From: Setoptus koraiensis
Taxonomy: Eukaryota; Animalia; Arthropoda
NCBI GenBank assembly: GCA_048013815.1
Contig: CM106586.1
Location: forward strand, 22,196,001 to 22,260,000
DNA: 64,000 bases
Direction of reading: 5' to 3'
In this document: positions 50,301-62,724 of the stretch, in pieces
Layout of the letters: each line of letters starts with the position of its first letter
Numbering within the stretch: position 1 is the stretch's first letter
Translations under genes and position numbers: made by a program
Notes under the pieces: generated by a model
The model's database searches: none
What the model was told of the DNA's origin: nothing
The model's input: the letters and a program-made list of their open reading frames with translations, nothing else

Positions 50301-53300
50301 TCGACAATGGCGCCGGAACCGGAAGTAGCGGAAGCCATTCATGGGCATTCATTGGCAACGAGCAAACAGCAGCAACAGCACGAGACGGACCAAGACAACA
50401 GCTCCACGATGGCCACCAATCAATCGTTGAGCTCGTCGTCGCGCTCATCGTCTGGCGTGTCGTCCAGCAACGACAACCTGTTGCATTTGGCCCCAAACGA
50501 CAGCGACAGCATCACGAGACAGGCAATCCAGCGATCGGCACACGAATCGGCACAGTTGGTGTCGAAGCGAGCGTCGGCGCGCAACAACAGCCGTCAGCAG
50601 CAGCAGCAGCAACAACAGCAGCAACAACAACAACAGCAACAACAGACGGCCTCCATTTCGTCGTCGACAACATACCTGAGCTCGAGCTCGGGCAAATCCT
50701 CGCAATCCTCGAATAACCTGATGATGAAGTCACTCCCTTGCGAGCAAGTGCTGGCACAAACTAGACCGACTTCCGGTGGCACAGATTTGGCGCGTTTTAT
50801 AGCGACTTCCGGTGGCGGCACAGAACGGTCTGTTGGCTTGCGCGGCGCCGAGCTAAACCGGCAAACAACGGCACACAACGACACTGCCAATGGCTCAAAC
50901 AACAGCGCTGGCTCAGCGAACAAATTCATGCGCATAATGTGCAAAATTTGGCCCCCGTTCTCAACCAATCAGCAGTCAGCTCAGCACAGTGAGCCGAGCC
51001 AAGACCAAAGTGACAAGTCGAGCGATTCGGAGCACGTGACAAAAAGCAACGCGCTGCACGCGTCTTCGTCGTCCTTCACCTGTGCCGATGTTCGCGCGCT
51101 GAAGGGGTCCGCTCGGGGCGCCGATAACAGGCAGCACAGGGCACAGAGTGCGGCACAGTTCAACATACATGATATGCTAATATTGAAAAATAGTGTCGAT
51201 AGTGCCGGCTCAAAAGGAAAGGGCTCGCTGGGCGCCTCAGTGGGCAAGCCGGCGCGCAAATGCAAATCAATCCTATTGCCTGTTCCTAACAACGACGACG
51301 ACGACGAAAACAATGACAGTTACCTGTTTGGTGCAGCCGGAGAGGCCGACGATGCAGCCACAACAACAACAACGACAGCCAGCAAAGTTGCGCAACAACA
51401 CAGTTCACAAGAGTCGGCACCAGGTGCCAGTCAACAAGCAGCTGACAGGCAGAGCGCGTTGTTATGTAAGTCAGGTGACTCGGACAATGACAATTCGTTG
51501 ACAGTTTGCGATAACTCTAAATTGTTGCGTAACAGACCGTTGCCGTTGAAGAAGCAGGCCGCTAGACGCGAGCCAACGGATATGGGCAGCTATTTGATGC
51601 GACAAAGTCAGTCGATCGTTATGCGCAACTATAATAATGACAACAACAACAACAACAACAATAATGATAATCGTACCTCGATGATCACCGACGACGAGAA
51701 ACATCGACTTGTCATGGATCAGCTGGAGAACAGATTTGCGCAATTGCAGCATCGCGGCAACACCGTCAACAGCAACAGTAACATGGTCAGAGGCAACAAC
51801 GACACCAACAACAACAACAGCGACGACAGCAACAACAAACGGCGAGCTTTCAGGTTCGACCATGAAAACAGCAAGCGTCAAAATGTCGACGCCAGAGGTC
51901 ACAGCGACGACCAGTGGTCAGATGGGCTGTACGACGACACAAACAATAAACAGCAAGCGCCGAAAGGTAAATGCACCAATAATATAAATAACACTAATAA
52001 ATTGGTGATTAGTAACGCAGAGCAACCCGATAAAAGCAAACACAACAACGATAAACAACAAAAAGTCGATAAAAACAAACAACAACAACAAACAACCAGT
52101 AAACTAATTAAAACCAATCTAACTAATGACGCAACAGCCACTGCATGTATCAAGCTGGCGGCTGTAACGAGCGACCAGCAGCAGCAGCCACAAGTTGTAA
52201 ATAGCCAAGTGACCACGACGGCGCCACCAGCGGCGGCCTTGCCGCCTATAACAACTTTAATGAATTCGAGAAAGATTCATCAGCGTCTATTGGGCCAGCA
52301 TAAGGATAATAATAATTCAATAACGGGCCCGCACCATGACGACGACCAGCTGATGAGTTGTCTAAATGGTGGCGGTGCATTGTTCAAGTGCAATCGCGCT
52401 GATGTTTTTGTTGGTCAACAGCAGCAGCAGCAGCAACAATCGAGCAACCGTCAGAGTAACAGTTCCAGTTGTTTGCTGACCCTGTCCGGCAACAACAAAC
52501 AACAGCAACAGCAACAACAACAACAGGTTGGGTGCAATGACCAACTGGACGACCGTCTCCATGATGACCGCTCGTCCCGTGCCGACGAGCATGATCAATT
52601 GGATGACGACGACGACGACGACGATCACATGACAAACGATCACTATTACGAGAGCCTTGAGAGAGTCAATTTGGCCAGGCGACAGTCCCAGCGAGCGGCC
52701 AACAATGGCTCGCCAATTGACCAATCGGCAGCGGGCCGGCGCGACGTGCACAGACGTGCCCGACAATCGGGCGACAACAACGGCCAGAGCAGGCCGTTTC
52801 GGTCGCTCGATTGCAGCGCCTTCAATCAGCGTTTGGCCAAATTAAACAGCAACAGCAACAACAACAGCAGACAGTTGCGCAATAAAAGATCGTCGTCGCC
52901 CTCTTACTCGTCGTCCACCGATCAATCAAATGAGCGTGATGACGATGACATTTTGGCCAACCAACGTGGCGACAATTTGTTTATGGCCAGCATGTTTGTC
53001 AACGAGGAGGAAGACGACGATGACTTGATTGATGACGGCAGCTTGCAACAGGTGAGATACAACGCTTACAACAATCACGCCGTCTACTACAACAACAACA
53101 ACAACAACAACAACATTGACGGCCACATGATGGCGCGACACAAATTGCGTCATCATTATACAAATCACAGCAATCAGCGGCAAGCGGCCTATGTGACGCG
53201 CAGTCGTCGCTTTGAGGCTTCCACCAGACGACTAATTGATGACGATGAGCTCATTATGATGATGAAACGTAGACAAAGCGCCCACAAACGAGCCAGAAGT

Positions 53301-55571
53301 GACAGAGGTTTGTTTGCGAACGATCGGGCCGCTTCTAGCACAACTATCGGCCACAACAGGCACGCCAGCAACCACAACAACAACAACAACAACAACGACA
53401 ACAGCGCTGGCTCGTCAGATCTAATCAATCGTCAGATTAGTGAGGCCAAATTGGGCGCCCCCGTTGGCCCGGCAACCAAGAGCAGGCCCAATGCCAGATC
53501 GCTGCCCGCTTTTCGGTATTACGCAAACGTTGTCACGGGCAACGAGGGTGACAACGCGTTTGAGTTGTCGCCGTCGTCCTCTACGCTGTCCGTTGCGTCC
53601 TCTGGCCACCACTGGCAACAGCAACAACCGGCCAGACCAGCGCCAAACAATCTGGACAGAATGATGAAGAAAATGATGCTGACAAGCAGCGACCAGCAAA
53701 AGCCCAACAAAAAAATCAACAGGGCAATCATAAGCGACAGAATGGGCAAAAGCAGAGTGAGCCGTAGCAAAATGATGATTTTTGATGTTGGACACCTCGA
53801 CGACGACGACGACGACGACGATGACGACGATCTGCAACTTGCCGGCAGTCTGGATTTGGCCGATCTAGACGACGCAGACATGTACAATGACGACGACGAC
53901 GACGAGCTCGACATGGACGACATAGACGAGGACGATTTGCAATACTCGTTTGATCTGTACAAACAACAACGACAAATGATGCAACTGAACGGCGCAAAAT
54001 GCAACGCAAGGCAATTGCTCGCCGATTACGATCTGCAACGGGCTGCAACCGGATATCCGGCCGTGCAGTCAGCGGGCGAGACCGCGCGACGCCAGCACCA
54101 GCAACATCACCATTATTTCACCAGTGACAATGTCGACGATGGTGTGCCATACTCGTCGAGTAGGCGCACTAATGCGGATGCGGGTGCGGATAATTTGTAT
54201 TATCGTCAGCAAATCCGAATGCGACAGCAGCGCCTCAAGCAGCAGCAGCAGCGCCAGCAACAACAACAACAACTGACCAAGTCGCTATCCTACGAGTGTA
54301 ACTATTTTGACGACCACCAGCCGGCTCTCGAGGCTCAAGAGGCATTGTCGAAACGCAAGTTGTTGGCAAGAATTAAATTATTGGCTAAAAACAAGCAGCA
54401 GCAGCAGCGTCATCTCATGGCCGCCAGCGACAAACTGACCGGCTCAAACAAGCAAATTGCCCATCATTTGCGTCAGCAATTATTGTCCACAACAACAGCC
54501 AGTTGCTACGACGACCATCATGATCTCGGCGACGACAGCGATCGTGACGACCACGACGAAGATGTTGTATTTCCTATCAGGCACAATCACAACCATAAAC
54601 AAACGGCCAACAAGCAAGCCGATCACAAATCAATCAGCGATGCTCATTTAGACAACGAGCACGCCATTGGCCTCGCCGAGCTTGTTGTGTCAGACTCCTC
54701 AACAACAACATCCACCGCCTCACCTGTGCCATCGATCTGCAATGACACCTCATCGTTCCTAATCACTCAACAGCAGCAGCACCAGCAGCACCATAACAGA
54801 TTGGCGAGAGGGTCGCCTAGTCAGCAGCTAAATGGTAACGCCGGCAGTGATAATAATCAGCGCCAAGCTTCTTCGAGGCGAGAATATAAGCACTCTAAAG
54901 ATGATTTTAGCCTGTTTCTAGATAGAAATTTTCTTGTTAAAAAAGACGCAGAGCCGTTTCTGTCGCTGGATATTTGCAACGAGTTCTCCAGTTCGTCCTC
55001 GTCCAAACAACAGCCAGCCGTGAAGCAACAAGCCGCCAACAAGCTGCACAGCAGACCTCTGCTTACGTTGGCATACCAGCCAGACCATCAGCAAATCACA
55101 AATGTCAGGGATAAACTTGTCAATTCTGCCAAGGGCCACGCTTCGTTGGCCTCATCCTCGGCGGGCTCCTCATCTGACCGAACCAATCACCTGATAACTA
55201 CAGCGATAAAGCCACACAAACGATTGGCCAGAATATCCTCTCGAGCTATGTCGCCGTCTGCCGCAAACAATGATCTACTTATGCAAGTGTCCAACCCAAT
55301 GGCGCAACTGTCAGCAAACAAATATAGACTGTCGCATCCGTGCGATCAGAGTAGCGAATCGTTGTGGTCATCATCTTCATTCAACAACAACAACAACAAC
55401 ACCAACAGCAACGGCAAGAGTACTCATCGTGCCACTGTCAACAATAAATCGTCGCACAACAACAACATCAACAACCACTCCTATAAGATAACAACGCTGG
55501 ATATAAATGACCCAATTTCGTCATTGGGTTACGGCGACAGCCATCATCGCCATCACAAGTATCACCAATAA
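46702..55571 (+). CDS. CABIT-domain protein, coding exon 2 (8870 bp); spliced product 3466 aa
   Basis: Begins WFSIINKDSLTAGYFETVDQVVRANVDLFLSRDQLAAY. Carries CABIT blocks RILLRPGQVLRVCGVYED, RYARCV, EVLIPIDERGRFYVV, YVYRLSQL, LPIMVHLIIGVRP, FSAILRLETIQSKDVILG and VVMIEIDCDSDQLKFIR. No stop for 8.9 kb. Short in-frame introns cannot be excluded. Confidence 0.88.
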
Positions 55572-56148
55572 CATTACTAGTTAATGTCAGTTATACCCTA
55601 ATCTCTGCCTACCTTTCAACGCCCGCGATTACAAGACAATTATTATTGATTATTACCTATAGCAATAGTTGGTTATGTTTTTGTTCTTCAACAATTATGC
55701 TGTAATACTTAATGTGTAGATAGCACACTCTCGCGTATACACTATATATACAAACAATGAAAGTTTAGTTTCTTATTCGTCTTTTATGATTAGACAAAAA
55801 ATAAATCTATATATGCCTACTGACAATTGAAAGATGACTCGCTGCTAACCACAACTGACTCCACACGAGCTGAACATGGCTGAGAGCTCAAAGGTGCACT
55901 TCGTGGTAAGACCTTAGCTGCCGGGGCAAGTGTTTTTGTTATATTATGACATATATATCGGGTAGCGTGTGGATATTTATAATTTGTTGTTATGTTTTGT
56001 TTTGTGATGTATGGTCGCTATCAAAAGTATTCGGCCTTTTATTGTGAAATTCTCTCTTGTGGAGTGTTTTTCATCGAATTTGCTTGTAGTCATATCATAT
56101 GTGTATAAAATCGAATGTGTATATATACCTAGAATTATAATAAAAATC

Positions 56149-56675
56149 TTACTTAAATATCACTTTTGTAATCAACTTGTTCCTATTTTTTTGTTGATTG
56201 TCATCGTTGTCACTCTTGGAGTCTGTCACGTCGGCGCCATTTACACTGTTGCTGTTAACAGAGTTATTATTGGCTATATTTATAGTCATGGAACAACGAG
56301 ATATTGGACGAGTCTTGGGCGTCTTGTCGAAATCTTGACGCCTCACCTCACCAAAAATTAAAAATATCAGTCCACTGCATCCCATAATAGCGCCTGTAGT
56401 GAGCCAGAATGGTGTCCATTGTTCTCTATCACGGGCGGAATGAACAAAAACTCCTACTAGCGATGGCGCAAAAAATCCCGCCGTATTGCCGACGGAATTC
56501 GCAAAGGCAAATATTGTTCCGGCGTAATCCGGCGACAGGTCACCAGGTACCATTATGTCACCCGCATTTGCACACGATCTAAATATAATAGCAGAGAACA
56601 TGAACAATATTATCATGCCTCTATTGTCTCCGCAAATTGGCACGCTGACAAAGCAAAACAATTGCCCAAATGTAG
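56149..56675 (-). CDS. SLC17-family MFS anion transporter, exon 5 (last)
   Basis: Acceptor ATTATCAG|CT. Encodes ATFGQLFCF...DLSPDYAGTIFAFANSVGNTAGFFAPSLVG...W..FW...G..FLIFG...QDFD, the SLC17 C-terminal half. Confidence 0.92.
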
Positions 56676-56826
56676 CTGATAATGTGATAGCAGCATTCAA
56701 TTGTTTGTTTTTTGTTCAGAAAATATAAATATAATTGACAATCGATTAATTAATCATCCAGGCTTGTTGTGTTATCTCGACAGCGTGCCACCAAGCAAGT
56801 TGGCATTATTGAACTTGGCAACTTAC

Positions 56827-57833
56827 CTAATGATTGAAACGTCTTCCTGACATGGATCTTCTGCATTCCCCACATGTGTCTCTCAAGAAGATAGGCTCCC
56901 AAGGCACTCATGACAGGCGATGAAATTGCGAAGGCCAATTGAAAGAAACTATTAATCACACCGTTTTGTTCAATGGGAAATCCGAGAGCCGTATTCAAAT
57001 AAGTGGGCAGCTCGTAACACAACACAACATTGCTCCATTCGTTGCCGTACATGCTCAATACAAGCGTCCAAACAGGTACCGATCTAATCAATTTTATCCA
57101 ACTGGCCTCTGGCACCACCCTCCTAACTCGTTCGGGCTTCATGCTGTTGTTATCGAAATCTTTCTTTTTGTTGTTACTATCATTGTTATTGTCGTTAACT
57201 GGCTTGCCGTTGACACAACACTGTTCGTTTGATTGTTTTGTTAGATTAGTTGAAATCAATCTGAGCTCTCTGACATCGTTATCTGTTGCCAAATTATTAT
57301 TGATGTCCTGTCTAGGGTAGTATCTTATCTTATTGTCCAGTTGTTGTTGTTGTTGTGGTTGAAACGAGTCTAAAGCTATATCACCGTGTTGTTGATTCTT
57401 GTAGCTATTTGCACTGTTTTCGTCGTCTATAAGCGTCTCAATGTAGATACGCTCTTTATCACTTATGAACAAACTCTGGCTTGGTTCGCTAGAGCCAAAT
57501 ATGCACCACAATACACTGACCACTAAACAAACCATTCCACTAGTATAGAATACTGATGGCCATCCCAAGGGCGATGTTATTAGGTAACTCGATGCTATGT
57601 AAGTTGATATGGAGCCCATGTTGCTACCAATGAATATAAGTGGCAACAAAATGGAACGTTCCTTTTCAGGTAGCCACCGACAACACAGTACATAGGCGGC
57701 AGGAAAGAAGGCGCTCTGGCACAATCCCATGACAAATCTGAGCATCATCAAAAGATAAATACTGTTCAATTGTGTGGCCATAGGAAATGTTAGACTGACA
57801 ACAGTGGAGCCAATACTGGCGGCCATAATAATC
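56827..57833 (-). CDS. SLC17-family transporter, exon 4
   Basis: Acceptor CACACAG|G and donor TTAG|GTAAGT. Encodes LRFVMGLCQSAFFPA, RWLPEKERS, GWPSVFY, ISDKERIYI, PVW, ELPTYL, RKTFQSL. Confidence 0.93.
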
Positions 57834-57933
57834 CTGTGTGTGATGCATAATAAATATAAAACATTTTGCTTGGTCGATTGAAACAGAGGCATTCAACTCG
57901 AGCATTATATCAATGTCGCTGGTTTATACCTAC

Positions 57934-58028
57934 CATCGGGCCCCAACAGTTTCGGCTATCCTCGCTCCAGGTATCTGAAACAATATGTAACCATAAAAGA
58001 AGGCGCCTAGTATGTGTCCTTGATCTAC
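57934..58028 (-). CDS. SLC17-family transporter, exon 3
   Basis: Acceptor CATCAG|GTA and donor TG|GTAGGT. Encodes [31 protein letters not shown](W). It is not in the ORF track in this frame. Confidence 0.92.
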
Positions 58029-58483
58029 CTGATGATTCAATCCACATTATATCGTTTATTTTGTCACTCCATTCAGTTAGATTTGATGCATTTGAGATGA
58101 TATCAGATGAAATCATCGGGTATAGCAGTATCGGGATGAAGTTCGTATCGATTGATTAATATCTGGTATATAATAATAGATAAAAAGTTAAACTTTTTCG
58201 TTTTTTGATATATTACACAACTCATAGTTGTCAACAAGCTAGTTATCTGCGCGCCAAACACGCATCAGCAGGACAAACGCGCCAAATTCAAAGGTCGAAA
58301 ACTTTTTGAGATGGCGGCACTATGTGAGCCGTAGGTCGAGCTAAACTTTTTCGCAATCATTTCACAAAATAAACTCAACGGAACTGTCCCTCCTATTTCA
58401 TTGCGATCGGAACCGGACACCTCCAAGAACACAGTCCAGCATGCGAACATTGAATAGAACCACATCTAAATGAGTGCGCTTAC

Positions 58484-58772
58484 CTGGCTCCATGTGAATT
58501 TTGTCTGGGTGATCAAGGGAACGACTTTGTCTTTGATCGCCGGAAAGATGGACCGCATGGGCACTCTTGTTTGATTTAAGGATAATGCAAGAGCTTTCAT
58601 TGTTCGATTGGGCTCAAATTCATTTCCTTGATATCGTACGCTAACGGCATCTGGCGTTGTTGGCGCGCTAGTTGTTTGCGTCAGATCGCTGTCGACACCA
58701 CCAGCTTGTTTATGTGATATTTTGTGATTGTCATCGTAAACAGATTCATCTACCATGGCTATGATCGCAATA
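58484..58772 (-). CDS. SLC17-family transporter, exon 2
   Basis: Acceptor CATGTAG|T and donor CAG|GTAAGC. Encodes (S)IAIIAMV, the luminal loop with NRT/NQT sequons, and KFTWSQ. Confidence 0.88.
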
Positions 58773-58883
58773 CTACATGATTGTTTATGTGGACAAGTGA
58801 TTTTGGCATTTGTAATAACACTGGCAAGGCTAATCATTGATTTTGTTTTTCACGTTGTGTTACATCATCGCCACAAAACTCAC

Positions 58884-58969
58884 CTAAGATTCACACGACT
58901 AACGTAAACAGCAAAGGCACATAGTGTCGTAATGGCAGCTATGACAAAACGCATATATTGTACGTGCAT
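58884..58969 (-). CDS. SLC17-family transporter, first identifiable coding exon; total CDS 2004 bp, 667 aa
   Basis: MHVQYMRFVIAAITTLCAFAVYVSRVNL(S) is the TM1 R-x-N-L-S motif; donor AG|GTGAGT. An AG at 58997-58998 could accept a further upstream exon. Confidence 0.85.
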
Positions 58970-61900
58970 TATGATATAGTTGATTTGATTGATGGTCTAC
59001 ACTTGAACCGACACTGTCAGTGATGTTTTCAGTCAGTCAATTGATTGAATGATTGAGTGTTACCCAATATTTGTATGCACAGATTATGTAATTGATATAA
59101 CGTTATTATTGTTAGTGCTAATAGCTGTATTGTCCGTTCGATTATGTAATTAGTCTGTCAATTTGTTTTGTTTTGTTGTTGTTGTTGTTGTTGTTGTTGC
59201 TAGCATGAAATGATGCAAACTAGTTGCTGGCACTTATAGTGCTGATCAAATTGTCTAATGGTAATGTTCCTTGCTTAATAATACAGTGTGGCGCCTGTAT
59301 GCGAATGACTAAAAAATTTTTGCCTGTTGATTATCTGCTAATTATCTCTTTGATGCTACTTGTGTGAACAATAATGGTGATGATGACGATAGTAAGTTAT
59401 TCCTTGCGGCAGTCTATGGCGGTATACAGCTACAGTTCTTCGCTTATCTTCTTTCTGATGATTAGCTTTAATAATGCTGTGTCTATGTTAGTATTATTAT
59501 CAAATTATCCGTCTCTGAATGAATAGTTAGATAAAATATTAATGGTCTGGTTACTGTAAAGTGACTACAAACAACGACAGCAACAAGCGTCTACGATGAG
59601 TATAATAGAAGTGCTTGTGTTTCTGATTAGTCTGATGAATGGTTAGTTACTGGCTGACTTTGGCGCTACTATACTAATTTTATGATTAGTTGGACATGAT
59701 TAACATGTGGTTACGAGCTCCATCTGTCTACATAGAACAAACTAGGGAAATATCGTCTCTGTATCTGTCTATATAGCTACATTAGTCTAGATATGAAAAT
59801 GATGTGCCGATTCTACAATATTTTGAAGGCCGACCATTACACCATCGTCATTGGATTGGCATGCTATGCATTGTGATGCATATGCACGCAATTACATGTA
59901 TACATGAATATCATCATTGGTTCACCAGCAATAACAAGCAACAACAACAACTGCATGCTAACTGCCGGCGTTGTCTAAAAATGAAATCATCGTCTGGCCA
60001 AACCAATAATGTTATATGATTGATTTTGATGACTAATACGCATATATATATCTATATATATATAAATATACATGTCTAAATCTGCAGAGATACCCGGCGG
60101 GTCATAGGCATTCTGCATTTAGATGGTATGAGACAAGTCGCAGTTGTCATGTATATATTACGTGATATTATGATCAATTTTTTCTTGTTTTTTTCAGTGA
60201 AAAATATACTAATGATCATGATGCTAACAGAGAGCGAGGGGGAGAGATAAGCGACCATTATCTGAAATAAATCTGAATGCATTACCACTAGATCAACTGA
60301 ATCTTTGTTTTTCTTTTTTCGCTCTTTCTGTTACACTATTGCCACAAAGTCAGGATTTATTTGATTATCATGATTAGATTCAAACAGACAATCAGCAAAG
60401 TTCAAGCTGTTTTAATTATACACACACTAATGAATGAATGTAATAATGCTTGGTTACTTCAACTACACGTTACTTTATCTCAACATATACGCTTTGAAGA
60501 TGGTAAAAACACCAAAAAGTTTATAGAGCTAGTAATCTCAATCTTGTTATTGATGTCTTCTGTTGGTGTCAGAGTACACAATAAACAACAGTTATTTAGT
60601 TGTTGGTTGAAGAAACAACAACTAACAAAACTACTTTTATCGTTGATACTTTGCTTGAGTGTGTTTGTGCTCAATGGATAAGTTGGTCGTGTTGGTGGTA
60701 ATATTGAAAAGAAGCATGGTCACATGGATATAATAACATATATATATATATGATGGTAATTAACGTTAGACGTCATTGTCTTTTAGTGGCGACAGGCAGC
60801 GTGACTGACTGATTGATTGGCTGTAACCATTACAATTAGGCCCTCTTTGTCGCTCAACATCTTTTTACAATAATCCCTTTGTATTTTCCAATCATTTAGA
60901 TCATTAATAATAGCAATATGGCTTCATTACAACGACAACGACAGCAACAGCAACGCCGACATCAAGTACTTAACAACTAGTCTCTGAGACACAACAATTA
61001 GTTGACTAGTTAATCCTAATGACTACCGACACACACAAATCTTGGCGTGGTTCATTTAGATAAATGAGTGTTGGTGATTTTTTGAGTTGTAAAGCAACTC
61101 GCAGCTGCTATTTCCATTGGATCATCGTTACATTTCAATTAATTTTTCAATATCAATCAATATCATGATAAACGGTGGTAGTCAGCATATCGCAGCGTAT
61201 CGCATGGATACTCCAGCATTTGAGCATTTGCACTACCATGGGCATAGATAACAAATGATTTAAAATTCACATGTTTTCTCTCTATGTTTGTTCAGACAAA
61301 CGGAAAAACAAACATACACACACGTTCTATTCCACATCTTGATACAGTGTCTTTTGTTGCGTTCATATGTCTATTGGCACACATTTAAATTATTGCACAA
61401 ACTAATTTATTGACTGATGATTATCAGAGGATAACCAACAATAACAATTTCAAAAGACATCAGCCCATCGATAGATAATCCATCATGGCGGTGCTACTAC
61501 GTACGAACGCTATGCGACACGTTGACTGTCTGTATATAACCAGTTACAGGGACATCGCAAGACCTAGGTGTCTCTGCAAGCCGTTCAAGAATCATTTTTA
61601 CATCATTTTTAGGTTGCAACACCGGAAATGGATGATGCGATTGAATCTTAGTACTGAGTAAGTTGAAGCTTGTGCCCACTTGGAGGCCGACAATTTCTCA
61701 GCTGGTGCAAAGAAAAGCTGACAGAGCTAGTTGATCGCAATCGAGTGAGATTTAAGATGATGCAAAGATCACCGTCTATAGTTTGCCGTACGCATTGATC
61801 ATTATTGTGATGATTGGAACAAATTATCATAAACTTTAACGCACGAACATCTACACATCTAACATGAAAACCGGATGTAGGCTAACTGGTGGCTAAATTG

Positions 61901-62724
61901 GCTCACGAGTGGCACGAATGTGATTTTAGAGATTAAAAAACATCCAAACTTGAACGTGTGGTTGGCCCCAACGGGTTTTGCTGAGTTGCATGCAGTTTTG
62001 CGAGCCGATCTATGATGACTTGGTCTAATTCTTCGATTGCGAAGAAACCAATCGATACCAACTGTGACTCTCCACTGTCTGCTCTGATTCTGACTCCATT
62101 GCACTCGGCGAGATAAATTTTCCACTTAGATAGGTCGCTTTGGTCGTGATTTGGCGTTGGATGAACGTATTACTACAGATTGAATTCTTGCTCGAATCTT
62201 CAACCGGAAGCCCGATGGTTTGAAAGGGCTCCCGCCTACCGTTCGTTCGAAGGGAATGTTTCCGGAAGAATCTTTCCACAACGTTAGCTAATGTGCCACA
62301 GTGTGTCTTCGATAGTGGCCTGAACTGTGCGCAGTTGCATCATGTGCGACAGTCTGCTCAACAGTACGCAAGCCTGGTCAGTCTGCAATTGTCTATCTCA
62401 TGTGCATTGATTGCACAGCAGAAAATTAATTCCAATGCCAATCTACAGTGTGTGTGGCGCACACAGATATGCATCCCGCGGGCACAGGAATAAAAGTGTA
62501 GCATTGGCTGCCGTCGTTACCGACTGTAAATAAAATTTAAGAAACAAGTCATCTCACACCCATTGTATACGCAGATATTTATTATTTATTTATTTAGTTT
62601 CTATTAAACACATCAAGCACCACACCTACCAGATCACAATATTACTACTATTATACTATTTGTTTCTCCCACACAAATAGTCAATCTCTATTGTCGTCAT
62701 TAGTATTACAGGCATTATTATAAT

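Noticed and set aside
47100-55042. Minus-strand ORFs within CABIT exon 2
   Set aside because: Antisense shadows of CAA/CAG/GAC codon runs (poly-V, poly-L, poly-C, poly-S).
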